A stretch of 64,000 nucleotides of DNA from the NCBI GenBank assembly GCA_018062135.1, contig JAGOSW010000001.1, forward strand, positions 73,521-137,520. Reading direction: 5' to 3'. This stretch comes from Candidatus Woesebacteria bacterium. GTDB lineage: Bacteria; Patescibacteriota; Microgenomatia; UBA1406; HO2-37-13b. A program made the position numbers and the translations under genes. The notes under the pieces were generated by a model. The model was not told where the DNA came from. It worked only from the letters and a program-made list of their open reading frames with translations, and ran no database searches. Positions 44,545-54,075 of the stretch are shown in pieces (position 1 is the stretch's first letter; every line of letters starts with the position of its first letter).

Positions 44545-45558
44545 TTAGTTAGCACGTAAAGAAGCTTCAATAAATTCATCGAGATAGCCATCGAGGACAA
44601 TGTCTGGATTTTTATCCTCGTGGTTTGTGCGGAGATCTTTAATAAGTTTGTAAGGATGCAGCACATAAGATCTAATTTGGAGCCCCCAGGAAGCCTGCTT
44701 TGGCCCTTTAAACGTTTCTATTTTTTTATCTCGTCTTTCTTGTTCGAGTATCCACAATTTTCCGCGCAACATTTCAAGCGCAATCTCTCTATTCTGCTCC
44801 TGCTTGCGCTCTTTTTGGCAGGTTACCATGATGCCAGAAGGCGCATGAATAAGGCGGACGGCTGTTGAAACTTTGTTAACATTTTGTCCGCCGTGGCCTC
44901 CTGATCTAAAGAACTGCCACTCTAAATCTTCGTCATTGATATGAATTTCTTTATCTTCAATGACGGGAATAACTTCAACAAGCGCGAAGGATGTTTGCCT
45001 TAAACCATTTGCGTTAAACGGGGATTGGCGCACAAGACGATGCACACCAGCTTCATTTTTCATGTAGCCGAACACAAAAGGCCCTTTTACTTTCATAATG
45101 ACGGTTTTTAAGCCAGCTTCTTCGCCATCAATCATATCGAGGACTTCATAGGTATATCCTTTCTGATCAAAATAGCGTGTGTACATGCGATATAACATAG
45201 AAGTCCAGTCCATAGCTTCGGTTCCACCTTGACCCGCATGAATCCCTACAAGCGCATGCTTTTTATCGTATGGACCAGAGAGGAAAAGACGAATTTCGTA
45301 GTCGCGAATTATCTTTTTAAGCTCGTCATAATGCTTTTCTTCGAAAAGAAGCTGCATCATTTCAGCATCATCAATGTCCTTCTTCAAATTTGATATTTCT
45401 TGTGATACTTCGTTCGCTTCTTCGTAATTTGTCCAGAATGCATCGTCGTATGTTTTTGTCTCCAAGTCTTTTAATCGTGTTTTAAGATTAGAAACACTTA
45501 TTTTCTCTAAGAGCGCGTTGAGACGGCTTTCTAAATCCTGAATATCGTGATCTTCCAT
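44545..45558 (-). CDS. prfB: Peptide chain release factor 2 (no programmed frameshift seen)
   Basis: 'SPF' tripeptide ('RQSPFNA') and 'SGGHGGQNVNKV'. Confidence 0.9.
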   Translation of the reverse strand: MEDHDIQDLESRLNALLEKISVSNLKTRLKDLETKTYDDAFWTNYEEANEVSQEISNLKKDIDDAEMMQLLFEEKHYDELKKIIRDYEIRLFLSGPYDKKHALVGIHAGQGGTEAMDWTSMLYRMYTRYFDQKGYTYEVLDMIDGEEAGLKTVIMKVKGPFVFGYMKNEAGVHRLVRQSPFNANGLRQTSFALVEVIPVIEDKEIHINDEDLEWQFFRSGGHGGQNVNKVSTAVRLIHAPSGIMVTCQKERKQEQNREIALEMLRGKLWILEQERRDKKIETFKGPKQASWGLQIRSYVLHPYKLIKDLRTNHEDKNPDIVLDGYLDEFIEASLRAN

Positions 45559-45591
45559 ATAGGCTATTATAACTGCTGAAGCGAAAGAAGC

Positions 45592-47061
45592 TTACTGAAT
45601 ATCTGCGCCAATAATAAACACTGCATCTGCGGTATCTTCTTCATCAAGATCGCCCGCTGTTTTTATTGTTGCAAAGTCCTTCAAATCTTCCTTAAGAAGG
45701 GTAAAGGCATCCTTTTTGTCTGTCTTGACTTGAATTTCTGATGTTTCATAATCAAAATTATCAGCATTAGCGGTAATGACATCGGTGTAACCAGCCTCTT
45801 GAAGCGTGCTCTTAATTTCTGATGCCTTACCTTTTACACCAGAACCATTCAATATTTTGATCTTAATATCTTCTCTTGCTATAGCGGGAGTGGGCTCAGG
45901 TTCTTCGGTTGGCACTGGGCTTGGTGAAATTTCAGCCTTTTTTTCATCTGCTTTCTGCGGGAAGGGTAACTGGAATTTTAGATTTGAAACATTCATATTT
46001 GAAAAGCCAAAGATTAGACCGAATGATATTGCAAAAGACGCAAGGAACATGCCGATTGTTTTTAAGCTGAAGATTTCTGACATAAATGACATATTAACTG
46101 ATGGTGCTCCTATTCTTTTCATGGAAGCCGGTGTGAGATTGGTCTTCATGAGGCTAAATTCTTTATTTTCTTGTGCAAAAATAAACGCTCCAAAACACAC
46201 ATCATAATCAAGCACAGGAAAAATAGTCGTGGAATTTGCGACAATAAGCTTTAAATAATCTTGATAGAAATTGTCCACAATTTTTTCCAACGGATTTGTC
46301 CACGCGCCAACATCTTTAGTAAATAAGTCTTGGCGCACTTTTTTAGATTCAGCTCCAGATAAAATAAGGCGATTAATTTTTGTATCCTCTTTATTAAGTT
46401 CGTCGATTTTCTTCTTTATCGCAGGCTTAATATCATCTCCAAATGCGAAACGCTCTGCTTCGACGAGGCCGAGCGAGTCGAATAGGTAGCCGAACGAATC
46501 TACTTCTCTATAGACTCCATAGATAATTTTTTCCTTTTTATCTTTGCGTAGTGTTTTCTCAAAAAGTTTGTAGTAGGCGAGAGTTTCAGGGATTATTTTA
46601 GTAAGTTTAAGTTGTAGAAGCTTGTAGACTTGCTGATACTCTAAGTACGCCTCTTTCTTTATTGAGTAAAAAAGTACAACAGTCTCTTGTTCCTGTCGGG
46701 TAATAATAAAATCTGCCTGTTCAGATTCGATAGAAATCTGAAGTTCCGCTCTAACTTTATCTTTAATGAACGGCATAATCGCCGTTTCTGAGATATCAGC
46801 AGGTATATTAAAACGGCCATACGTAAATACTTCTTGGGGTAAGATGAGCGTAACCTCTTTATCATTAACTGGCGTAGGCTGGGCATTAGTTAATCCCTCC
46901 TTTATGGCGCTCGCCACAAGATCAATGCTCGACATCGCGCCGTTAACAATCAAATCATTTGAGTGTGTTTTAGCGAAAAGAGTGGGGTTAAACTGCCCAA
47001 GAATAGTTTTGGATAGGCTCAGCAACTTAATAGAATGCTTCCCTATATACAAATAGATCAT
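45592..47061 (-). CDS. Bitopic protein: PilM/FtsA-like N-terminal region, TM segment, C-terminal LytR_C domain
   Basis: The C-terminus 'IKILNGSGVKGKASEIKSTLQEAGYTDV...' is LytR_C-like. The N-terminal assignment is weak. Confidence 0.5.
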   Translation of the reverse strand: MIYLYIGKHSIKLLSLSKTILGQFNPTLFAKTHSNDLIVNGAMSSIDLVASAIKEGLTNAQPTPVNDKEVTLILPQEVFTYGRFNIPADISETAIMPFIKDKVRAELQISIESEQADFIITRQEQETVVLFYSIKKEAYLEYQQVYKLLQLKLTKIIPETLAYYKLFEKTLRKDKKEKIIYGVYREVDSFGYLFDSLGLVEAERFAFGDDIKPAIKKKIDELNKEDTKINRLILSGAESKKVRQDLFTKDVGAWTNPLEKIVDNFYQDYLKLIVANSTTIFPVLDYDVCFGAFIFAQENKEFSLMKTNLTPASMKRIGAPSVNMSFMSEIFSLKTIGMFLASFAISFGLIFGFSNMNVSNLKFQLPFPQKADEKKAEISPSPVPTEEPEPTPAIAREDIKIKILNGSGVKGKASEIKSTLQEAGYTDVITANADNFDYETSEIQVKTDKKDAFTLLKEDLKDFATIKTAGDLDEEDTADAVFIIGADIQ

Positions 47062-47114
47062 AATTACATCTTACGAACTACGAAAACAAAATACAAGGCT
47101 TATTTAACAGAAGG

Positions 47115-47864
47115 CTACACGCGGAAAAAGGTCCCAACAAGATAAGCTACGCCAGCGGAAATTGATCCGATAAAAACTGTTTCCCCAATTGAGCGTAAGA
47201 AACCCTGTCTCGCAACCTTCCATCTAAGAAATCCAAGAAGGATAAGTGCAACAAAAGCAAATATCAACGACAACGTAAACTCATTTCCAAGATATCCTTT
47301 AAATAAAACGTACGGTACAAGCGGTGTTAATCCAAATATCATAAATGAGGCTGCTGTAATAATGCCCGTAATTAATGGGTTTTCTCCTAATGGATTTTGC
47401 ATTTCAAGTTCTTCCTTCATCATAAATTCCGTCCAATACTCTTTATTGGTTGCGTAGAGAAGTGTAAGCTTTTCAGCTTGCTCCGGAGTAAAGCCCTTGC
47501 CCATCAACATCTGTCGAGTCTCCTCTTTCTCAAATTCAGTATTGTGCTCAATCTCGTGTCGTTCTTTTGCTTGCTCTTTTTTATACACATCCTGGTTTGC
47601 GCGAACCGAAAGGAAATTGCCTAAGCCCATAGAACTTGCATCTGCAAAAAGATTAGCAAATCCAAAAAGTAGCACAGTAAGTGTGGGGAGGGCCGGGTCA
47701 GCAATGCCACCCTGAGCACCAGAAAAGCCTGCCACAACAGCAAAAGTCGTAATAATACCATCTATCCCACCGTACACAATTTCTTTTAAATACGTTGAAA
47801 ACGGTGATATCGCATGCTCTTGTTTAAGATGTTGTTCTAGTAATGCTTTCGCGTTATTTTTCAT
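47115..47864 (-). CDS. VIT1/CCC1-family iron/manganese transporter
   Basis: 'EIVYGGIDGIITTFAVVAGFSGA' plus C-terminal TM helices. Confidence 0.85.
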   Translation of the reverse strand: MKNNAKALLEQHLKQEHAISPFSTYLKEIVYGGIDGIITTFAVVAGFSGAQGGIADPALPTLTVLLFGFANLFADASSMGLGNFLSVRANQDVYKKEQAKERHEIEHNTEFEKEETRQMLMGKGFTPEQAEKLTLLYATNKEYWTEFMMKEELEMQNPLGENPLITGIITAASFMIFGLTPLVPYVLFKGYLGNEFTLSLIFAFVALILLGFLRWKVARQGFLRSIGETVFIGSISAGVAYLVGTFFRV

Positions 47865-47876
47865 ACAAACTTAATA

Positions 47877-48065
47877 TTATCGTGAAAATCTATCATTGCA
47901 TACATAATAAATGACTAAGAGTATCATTGGGGTTGTTGTGGCTAGTGTTATGTACTCATTCATCGATCCACCCCTGCCTTTAACAATATTATCAAGCGCA
48001 GACCAGTTAAGGATCAAAATACCGCATGTTAATACTGCGACGAGAGTAATTTTTATATACCCCAT
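47877..48065 (-). CDS. Small 2-TM protein (62 aa, 3' part of the 218-aa track ORF)
   Basis: Only the part that is not antisense to the GT2 gene looks protein-like. Confidence 0.3.
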   Translation of the reverse strand: MGYIKITLVAVLTCGILILNWSALDNIVKGRGGSMNEYITLATTTPMILLVIYYVCNDRFSR

Positions 48066-48099
48066 ACCGTATATTGTATCGTACAATTGATCGAATAAT

Positions 48100-48786
48100 A
48101 TGAGTTCAAGAATACAATTCAGTTGTATCATTCCTTGTTTTAACGAGGCGCCCCGAGTGCGATCTGTATTACGTACTGTCACAAAGGTAAAAACAATAGA
48201 TGAGATAATTTGTGTTGATGATGGATCATCAGATGGTACTGATGATATCATCGCTAATGAGTTTCCTAAAATTCGACTAATTAAGCTAAAGGAGAATAGC
48301 GGTAAAAGCAATGCAATCAGCAAGGGGCTACTTGCTGCAAAAGGAAAATACATCGTACTAGTTGACGCTGATTTAAAAGGATTAAAAAGCAGAGAATTAC
48401 AGAATGCTGTAGAAGTTATGCGTGGCGATATGTATGACATGATTGTAATGCGTAGAACTATGCATCCATATATTGTCAAGTTACTCCGTGGTGATATTCT
48501 CATTCCTGGTGAAAGAATAGTGCGAAAAACCATATTGGCTGAAGTATTAAATAAAAATGTAAATGGTTTTCAGATTGAGGCTGCTCTCAATCGTTATTCG
48601 TTAGAAAAATCTTTGCGTACAGGATGGATGCCTAATTCGGCGCTTAGTGTGCCTTGGATAGTAAAAGTTAGTTTTATGAAGGGAATACATAAGGACGTAT
48701 TAATGTTTTACGATCTTTATCGCTTCTTGGGTCTTAAAGGTATTGTGCAACAGTACTTGTACTTTTGTAGGGATCGCGCTGAATAA
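48100..48786 (+). CDS. Family 2 glycosyltransferase (polyprenol-phosphate sugar transferase-like)
   Basis: 'FSCIIPCFNE', 'VDDGSSDGT' and 'VDADL'. Confidence 0.8.
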   Translation: MSSRIQFSCIIPCFNEAPRVRSVLRTVTKVKTIDEIICVDDGSSDGTDDIIANEFPKIRLIKLKENSGKSNAISKGLLAAKGKYIVLVDADLKGLKSRELQNAVEVMRGDMYDMIVMRRTMHPYIVKLLRGDILIPGERIVRKTILAEVLNKNVNGFQIEAALNRYSLEKSLRTGWMPNSALSVPWIVKVSFMKGIHKDVLMFYDLYRFLGLKGIVQQYLYFCRDRAE

Positions 48787-48827
48787 TTCTGTATAATAAA
48801 ATTACAGAGCGGAAGGGGGTGAAAAGT

Positions 48828-49037
48828 ATGAAAAACATGCACACACTTACATACCTGCTCATGGTTGTAGGAGCACTTAATTGGGGTCTAGTTGGCCTCT
48901 TCGATTTTAACCTCGTAAACACATTAGTTGGTTCAATGCCTATGCTTGAGAAATTAGTTTATATTCTCGTTGGTCTTTCCGCGGCTTATGAACTCGCAAT
49001 GCACAAGCAAATTTGCAAACTTTGTGGAGGTAAATAA
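48828..49037 (+). CDS. DUF378 small membrane protein
   Basis: 'VGALNWGLVGLFDFNLV'. A strong SD, GGAAGGGGG, lies upstream of the ATG at 48828. Confidence 0.75.
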   Translation: MKNMHTLTYLLMVVGALNWGLVGLFDFNLVNTLVGSMPMLEKLVYILVGLSAAYELAMHKQICKLCGGK

Positions 49038-49066
49038 GTAATTTATGAAGTTATACGTGTAAGGAG

Positions 49067-49098
49067 GTGCTGGGCGCAATCTCAGCACTTTCTTTTGT
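49067..49098. terminator. Hairpin GTGCTG-10 nt-CAGCAC followed by a T-rich run, between convergent genes
   Basis: Read directly from 49067-49072 and 49083-49088, followed by tttcttttgtt. Confidence 0.5.
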
Positions 49099-49109
49099 TG
49101 TCTTAGTTC

Positions 49110-50273
49110 TTAATCTACGAGAATATCCCTGTGCTTTAGGAGTACAAAAAGAATAAATACGGTCATTATCATACCTAGTCCAAACCCAAAGCTTACTGCT
49201 GAATATTTGTCCATAATAACCCCAAGTGGATAAGCAAGAATAAGATAAGGAATTCTCTCAAGCATATAAAACGTTGATATAGTGGTTGCTCGGTACCTTG
49301 AATCAATATTTTTGTTGAGAACACTAGACACAACATTGTTATAGCAGCCACCAGATGAAGCGCGAACAATATTTGAAAATCCCGCTAAGAATTTTGTGAG
49401 AATTGGTGTCACTATGTATGTGCTATAACCAATCATCGCCAATGATACAACACTAGGCATAGATCCAAACCTGCGAGAAATGTAAGGCGTAAACTGTGAT
49501 GCCGCTGCTGATACTAAGAAGATTATTGACATAAGTATGCCAATTTCTTTCGCTGTGTAGCCAAATTCAACTAATACAATGTCACTTACCGCTTCATAGC
49601 TGACCACAAATAGAATTCCCAGACAAAGCAAAAATAGAACGCGTTTCTTGATTTTTTTAACTGAAAAAAGCTGGCCAAAGCCACTGAATAATTGTTTTTT
49701 ATATGCACTGAATGAAAAGGTATAGGAATCAACTTTTGGTTCTACTAAGAAAAGGCAAAGTATTAAAGCAATAATTTGGAATCCTGCGAGAGCAAAAAAT
49801 GGAAGGCGCACGTCAATTGTGTAAAAATATCCTCCTAGTATCGCAGCGATAGCAGTCGCAATAAGCTGTATTGAAGTTGTATGTGCGATAACCTTATCAA
49901 ACCTATCTTCTTTGCCCCTTTCTTTTAATGAATCATAGATAAGCGATTCCATTGTCCCTGAAAAAAGTGCTCCTCCGATTGTCATAATAAAAACAGCTAA
50001 TCCAATTTGGCCAAACGATACAGCAAAGCCCATGAGAATATTCCCTGCTGCACGAAAAATAAATGATGCGATAAGTGTCACCTTTTTCCCAAGTAGATCT
50101 GCAATTGCGCCAGTAGGAATTTCAGCCGTTATCGAAGTAAAAATCATTATTGACTCGATAATGCCGATGCCTGCATAGTTTGTAAATCTGAGATAGTAAA
50201 AAACCCAAATTGGTATCCAAAACAATGATGAATTTAAGAAGTTAATCGCATAGCTAAGTTTGATATTTCGCAT
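49110..50273 (-). CDS. MFS transporter
   Basis: 12-TM profile, 387 aa. Confidence 0.8.
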   Translation of the reverse strand: MRNIKLSYAINFLNSSLFWIPIWVFYYLRFTNYAGIGIIESIMIFTSITAEIPTGAIADLLGKKVTLIASFIFRAAGNILMGFAVSFGQIGLAVFIMTIGGALFSGTMESLIYDSLKERGKEDRFDKVIAHTTSIQLIATAIAAILGGYFYTIDVRLPFFALAGFQIIALILCLFLVEPKVDSYTFSFSAYKKQLFSGFGQLFSVKKIKKRVLFLLCLGILFVVSYEAVSDIVLVEFGYTAKEIGILMSIIFLVSAAASQFTPYISRRFGSMPSVVSLAMIGYSTYIVTPILTKFLAGFSNIVRASSGGCYNNVVSSVLNKNIDSRYRATTISTFYMLERIPYLILAYPLGVIMDKYSAVSFGFGLGMIMTVFILFVLLKHRDILVD

Positions 50274-50290
50274 GTTTTTTTGGTGATTGA

Positions 50291-50722
50291 CTATCGAAGT
50301 CGTTTAGCCATTACGATATGTGGGATACCGACTTCTTCAAATACTTCTCCTTCTTGAGTATAGCCGAGTTTTTCGTAAAAGTTTTTCACGTGTGTTTGGG
50401 CGTCCAGATAAAGTTCTTCTACTTCAAGATCTTGCAAATGATCATGGATAGCCATCATAAGTTCTTTTCCAACACCACTCCCTCTGTGTTCAGGAATAAC
50501 TGAAACTCTCTCAACTTTCGCGCGTTTTTTGTGATCTGGGAATCTCACACGTGCAGCTCCAATAGGTTTTTCTTCATATGCGACAAAATGCATTGCACTA
50601 TCATCATTTTCATCAAAATCGGATGCCTGATCTATGCACTGTTCGATTTGAAAGACTAATCTGCGGACAGATTTTGCATCTTCGATTTCTTCTGGAGTAG
50701 TTGCGTGTTTTATTGTGCGCAT
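50291..50722 (-). CDS. GNAT-family N-acetyltransferase
   Basis: Motif A 'RGSGVGKELM'. Confidence 0.9.
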   Translation of the reverse strand: MRTIKHATTPEEIEDAKSVRRLVFQIEQCIDQASDFDENDDSAMHFVAYEEKPIGAARVRFPDHKKRAKVERVSVIPEHRGSGVGKELMMAIHDHLQDLEVEELYLDAQTHVKNFYEKLGYTQEGEVFEEVGIPHIVMAKRLR

Positions 50723-50725
50723 ATA

Positions 50726-51463
50726 TTACTTAATGAAACAAAGCAGTATAAGCCCTGCTATAGCTACAAAATAAGGAATCAAAATCTTCCATCTTTTTCC
50801 TTGCCAAGCATGATCAAAAGTTTTGCTTTTAAATTTTCCTGGTACACGTCCTTTAATAATTTTTTTGTAAAATTCAGAGATTATTCTTTCGCCTCCGCCA
50901 ATTGCAAATATAAAATACTTCCCCGGCACTACTGGGTAAAAAACCGATATCGCAATGCCAACTATCGTGGCCACAATAGGACTGCGAAAAAATTTAACTT
51001 TATCGAACCCTTCATAAGGTGCGTCCTTAAACATGCCTCCAAGAGCAATAGCCAACCCTACGAAAAAAGGTGTCACGAGATTGTTAATTCCTTGCGGCAG
51101 GTCAATTACAGCGACCAAGAGAATGTGTAAGAGGAGAAGCGATGCTCCAACGAAGTATCCAGTAAACTTGTTTAGATTTAAATTAAGATTTGTAGGAATG
51201 GCGTACTTACTTTGATCTTCGTTTCTTATAAATGCTTTGTAAATTTCAGTTGATGCACGTTCAAGGCCTATAACTACGAGCGAGACTATAAACAGAGGCA
51301 TAAAGGGATCATTGGTATAGACGAGGATGCTCCAGAATAGTCCAAACAGCAAACTCCTTATAACTTTACGTACTTCGAATTTCTCAACAAGTAGATCCCC
51401 ATAGACTCCCCACAGAATCATAATTGTGGTCCCGAGCAGACCTGCGAGAATGTAGGAAATCAT
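50726..51463 (-). CDS. Polytopic membrane protein, unknown function
   Basis: About 7 TM helices. Confidence 0.5.
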   Translation of the reverse strand: MISYILAGLLGTTIMILWGVYGDLLVEKFEVRKVIRSLLFGLFWSILVYTNDPFMPLFIVSLVVIGLERASTEIYKAFIRNEDQSKYAIPTNLNLNLNKFTGYFVGASLLLLHILLVAVIDLPQGINNLVTPFFVGLAIALGGMFKDAPYEGFDKVKFFRSPIVATIVGIAISVFYPVVPGKYFIFAIGGGERIISEFYKKIIKGRVPGKFKSKTFDHAWQGKRWKILIPYFVAIAGLILLCFIK

Positions 51464-51536
51464 AGCACCATAGTATCAAATCGATCAACTTGCAGCAAAC
51501 TATATTTGTATACTTGGTTAAGGATTGGTAAATACT

Positions 51537-51698
51537 ATGAGTAACAATACATCGGATTTAAGTGATTTAATGCAAAAGTATAAGACTTCGATGTCGCAGC
51601 TCTTGCTGGAAAGAAATAAGATCATTGCAAATATTGAACAAAAACAATTGGTCTCAAATATTCGCAATAAATTACAACTGCTTAATCGAGGAAAGTAA
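51537..51698 (+). CDS. Small helical ORF (53 aa), not in the ORF track
   Basis: MSNNTSDLSDLMQKYKTSMSQLLLERNKIIANIEQKQLVSNIRNKLQLLNRGK. It ends 6 nt before the next ATG. Confidence 0.3.
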   Translation: MSNNTSDLSDLMQKYKTSMSQLLLERNKIIANIEQKQLVSNIRNKLQLLNRGK

Positions 51699-51704
51699 GA
51701 TTTT

Positions 51705-52673
51705 ATGTTTAAAGAAGACATAGATAGGCCTTTGTTATCTTCCGAGGAACTCAAAGACAACGATCTTGCTGTAGAATCCGCTCCAGTTCCGGTTGCTGAT
51801 TTAGTCGAAAGTATTAAAGCAGATGTAGCAAGAGTCTTGTCAGGGGATAGTGCAGATCCCGCATTGGCGAACAATCGTGACCAAATTATCGATCTTGCCG
51901 AATCTACCATTGGAGAACTAGATACATTGGTTAATGAAGGTAATACTGTCGTAGACGCTGAGCCATCTACACAGCCCTTGCGGATAGAATTGAACAGGTG
52001 GAGAAATTGGGAATTTGCGCAGTGGAGTGGAAATGGTGCAATTGAGAGACTATTGAAGGGAGAAATAACCATAGATGAATTAGTGGGTACGGAACTGAGT
52101 CCCGAATTCGAAGCGCTCACTCATCAGATAAGACCCTTGAAAATTGAAGTAGACTCTTTATTTGCGTTAACAGAAGAGGGAGAGCTGCACTATCAGGTTA
52201 CACCATCGATAGGAAACGAACATTCAGTAAGTACATCATTTGTTGATCCTCCTGAAGGGGTAAAGCTGTTTGATGTTCACAATCACCCTATAAATGGAGC
52301 AAGAACATATCCTTTTTTCTCCAATCCTGATTTTAAAGGTATTTTATGCAATCCATCAAAACTAAGTCCGTGGAGCTATCTGGCAAGGACCGTAGTTTTT
52401 AGTGATGGTGTAGCTATTGTGGTAGCAACTCCAGAAACTCGTCGGATTGTCGAAGAAATGAGTGGAGATGATGATGAGAGTTACTGGTCGAGGCGGTATA
52501 TGCTCGATCAAAGCCTGCGAGATTCTGCCATATGGCCTGAGCCAGAAGAGGATGCTGCGAGGCAACAGTATAATATTGATGTGTGTCGAGAATTTGGTAT
52601 GGGTTTATTTCTGGTGCCAAAAGGAGAGAGAAAAATACAGGCGCTTTACGTGCCGGAGCAAACTAGTTCCTAA
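51705..52673 (+). CDS. Hypothetical protein with a JAB/MPN (RadC-like) metal motif in the C-terminal half
   Basis: 'VHNHPINGARTYPFFSNPD' approximates HxHx7SxxD with a 4-residue insertion. Confidence 0.4.
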   Translation: MFKEDIDRPLLSSEELKDNDLAVESAPVPVADLVESIKADVARVLSGDSADPALANNRDQIIDLAESTIGELDTLVNEGNTVVDAEPSTQPLRIELNRWRNWEFAQWSGNGAIERLLKGEITIDELVGTELSPEFEALTHQIRPLKIEVDSLFALTEEGELHYQVTPSIGNEHSVSTSFVDPPEGVKLFDVHNHPINGARTYPFFSNPDFKGILCNPSKLSPWSYLARTVVFSDGVAIVVATPETRRIVEEMSGDDDESYWSRRYMLDQSLRDSAIWPEPEEDAARQQYNIDVCREFGMGLFLVPKGERKIQALYVPEQTSS

Positions 52674-52830
52674 TTCCTAATACTGAGCCGAGTAATGCGA
52701 GTATAAGTACAAGTGTAAAAAACATAACACCCATCAGGAGCTGACCAAATAAATTATATAGAACTACTGCAAGTGCTCTTTTCCAGAGTTTATCCGAAAC
52801 AAGCCAACCCTTGTATGAATGTGTGTCCAT
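52663..52830 (-). CDS. Small membrane protein (55 aa from an internal ATG)
   Basis: A C-terminal TM helix. It follows the GNAT gene. Confidence 0.3.
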   Translation of the reverse strand: MDTHSYKGWLVSDKLWKRALAVVLYNLFGQLLMGVMFFTLVLILALLGSVLGIRN

Positions 52831-52852
52831 ATAAAGTATTGTACCACGCGCT

Positions 52853-53359
52853 TTATAGCAACTTACCAAAAGCAATGAGCTCATCTTTTGAAGCATCCTC
52901 TAGCTCAACAAAACCCAATTTACGTGGGACACTCAATGAAGCAATTTTTTCTGGATTAACACGAATGACTGCACGATTATGATCATGCGTCTTCAGAAAT
53001 TGCATAATCAACTCAACTGCCTCAACTGCATAATTTTTTCCTCTAGCTTCGGGGTAAATTCCATAGGAAATATTCACATCACCTTCTTGAGTAGTAAAAG
53101 CTGCTGGATCAATTGGACGTGCTTCTACCATCCCGACAAGCGTTCCTGATGTATCAACAATAGCAAAATTGAACACAGGTCCACCAACTGCCCAAGAATC
53201 AGCATTTCTTTGAATCCAGGTTGTGACGCTTTCAAGAGTACTCTTTCCACCACTTAGCCATTTCTCAATTTCTTGATCTTCATGCGTTAAGTGATATTCA
53301 GCATCAGCTAAAGTAAAAGGGCGGAGGGTGATATTTCCATTTGTGAGTTCAACTTTCAT
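52853..53359 (-). CDS. GNAT-family acetyltransferase (RimJ/RimL-like)
   Basis: 'ITLRPFTLADAE' start and 'ARGKNYAVEAV' motif A. Confidence 0.85.
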   Translation of the reverse strand: MKVELTNGNITLRPFTLADAEYHLTHEDQEIEKWLSGGKSTLESVTTWIQRNADSWAVGGPVFNFAIVDTSGTLVGMVEARPIDPAAFTTQEGDVNISYGIYPEARGKNYAVEAVELIMQFLKTHDHNRAVIRVNPEKIASLSVPRKLGFVELEDASKDELIAFGKLL

Positions 53360-53406
53360 GTTTCAAGTATATACTAAGCCTGTGTTGGCTGAATATGTGG
53401 AAAGAA

Positions 53407-53637
53407 TTACAAGTTCCTTTCAAATTCATCTTTACTCATGTCGGCTTGGCGTAGGATACTACCAAATGTTCCTTTAGCAATCATTTTATGATCGGGTACA
53501 ATCACCGTAATAACCTTCCTTTTAAAAGTACGTCGCAATTTGATGTGGCTTCCTTTTTGCGATACTTTTTCAAATCCTGCTTTCTTAAGAGCTTTTAAAA
53601 CAGTTTTTGCGGAGTACAGATCAGGCATATCGAACAT
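53407..53637 (-). CDS. hicA: HicA mRNA-interferase toxin
   Basis: 'KALKKAGFEKVSQKGSHIKL...VIVPDH...KGTFGSILRQA'. Confidence 0.85.
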   Translation of the reverse strand: MFDMPDLYSAKTVLKALKKAGFEKVSQKGSHIKLRRTFKRKVITVIVPDHKMIAKGTFGSILRQADMSKDEFERNL

Positions 53638-53857
53638 CTAATTTTTCCAACGATACGTCCTGATAAGTTTCGCTATAATTTGAGGTTGAATTGTCTTCAA
53701 AATACAACTCTAGTGCCTCTTTTAAGTTATTGAGAGCGTCTATTTTTGTTTTACCCTGACTTGCAACTTCAACTTCTACAGCTTTTGCAATGTATAAGTC
53801 ATTTTCTTTCCACGAAAGGGCTGATATTTTTCGAAACAAATTGTTTACTTTTGTCAT
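53621..53857 (-). CDS. hicB: HicB-like antitoxin (short form)
   Basis: It lies upstream of hicA and overlaps it. 'VASQGKTKIDALNNLKEALELYFE' is HicB-like. Confidence 0.65.
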   Translation of the reverse strand: MTKVNNLFRKISALSWKENDLYIAKAVEVEVASQGKTKIDALNNLKEALELYFEDNSTSNYSETYQDVSLEKLDVRYA

Positions 53858-53863
53858 GAACAT

Positions 53864-53891
53864 ATTATACCTGTAAAGGTTACAGGGTGAA
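53864..53891 (-). promoter_or_regulatory. hicBA promoter with palindromic operator in the spacer
   Basis: Minus-strand TTCACC (53891-53886), 16 nt, TATAAT (53869-53864). The spacer contains CCTGTAA-agg-TTACAGG (53870-53886). Confidence 0.45.
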
Positions 53892-53944
53892 AATTAAGAA
53901 AATATTAAGCGGTTGAGCGTAGCATATATTGAACTTAAAGTGTG

Positions 53945-54027
<83 letters not shown>

Positions 54028-54075
54028 TATCGCTGTTTATTGCAAAGCAGCAAGCAAAATTATAGCATAAGAAGT

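Noticed and set aside
44545-45558. Checked prfB for the programmed +1 frameshift, and the window for stop-codon reassignment
   Set aside because: The RF2 ORF is continuous from a plausible N-terminus. UGA is used as a stop by recognisable genes, for example the 4488 and 5858 region and the GC-rich 2786 ORF. I therefore assumed the standard bacterial code.
47877-48533. 218-aa minus-strand ORF
   Set aside because: Most of it is antisense to a well-supported GT2 gene (48100-48786) and is Ser/Ile/Leu low-complexity. Only the 3' 62 codons (47877-48065) were kept, at low confidence.
51518-52120. 200-aa minus-strand ORF
   Set aside because: It is Ser-rich and antisense to the 53-aa and 322-aa plus-strand ORFs. 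It has no start context.
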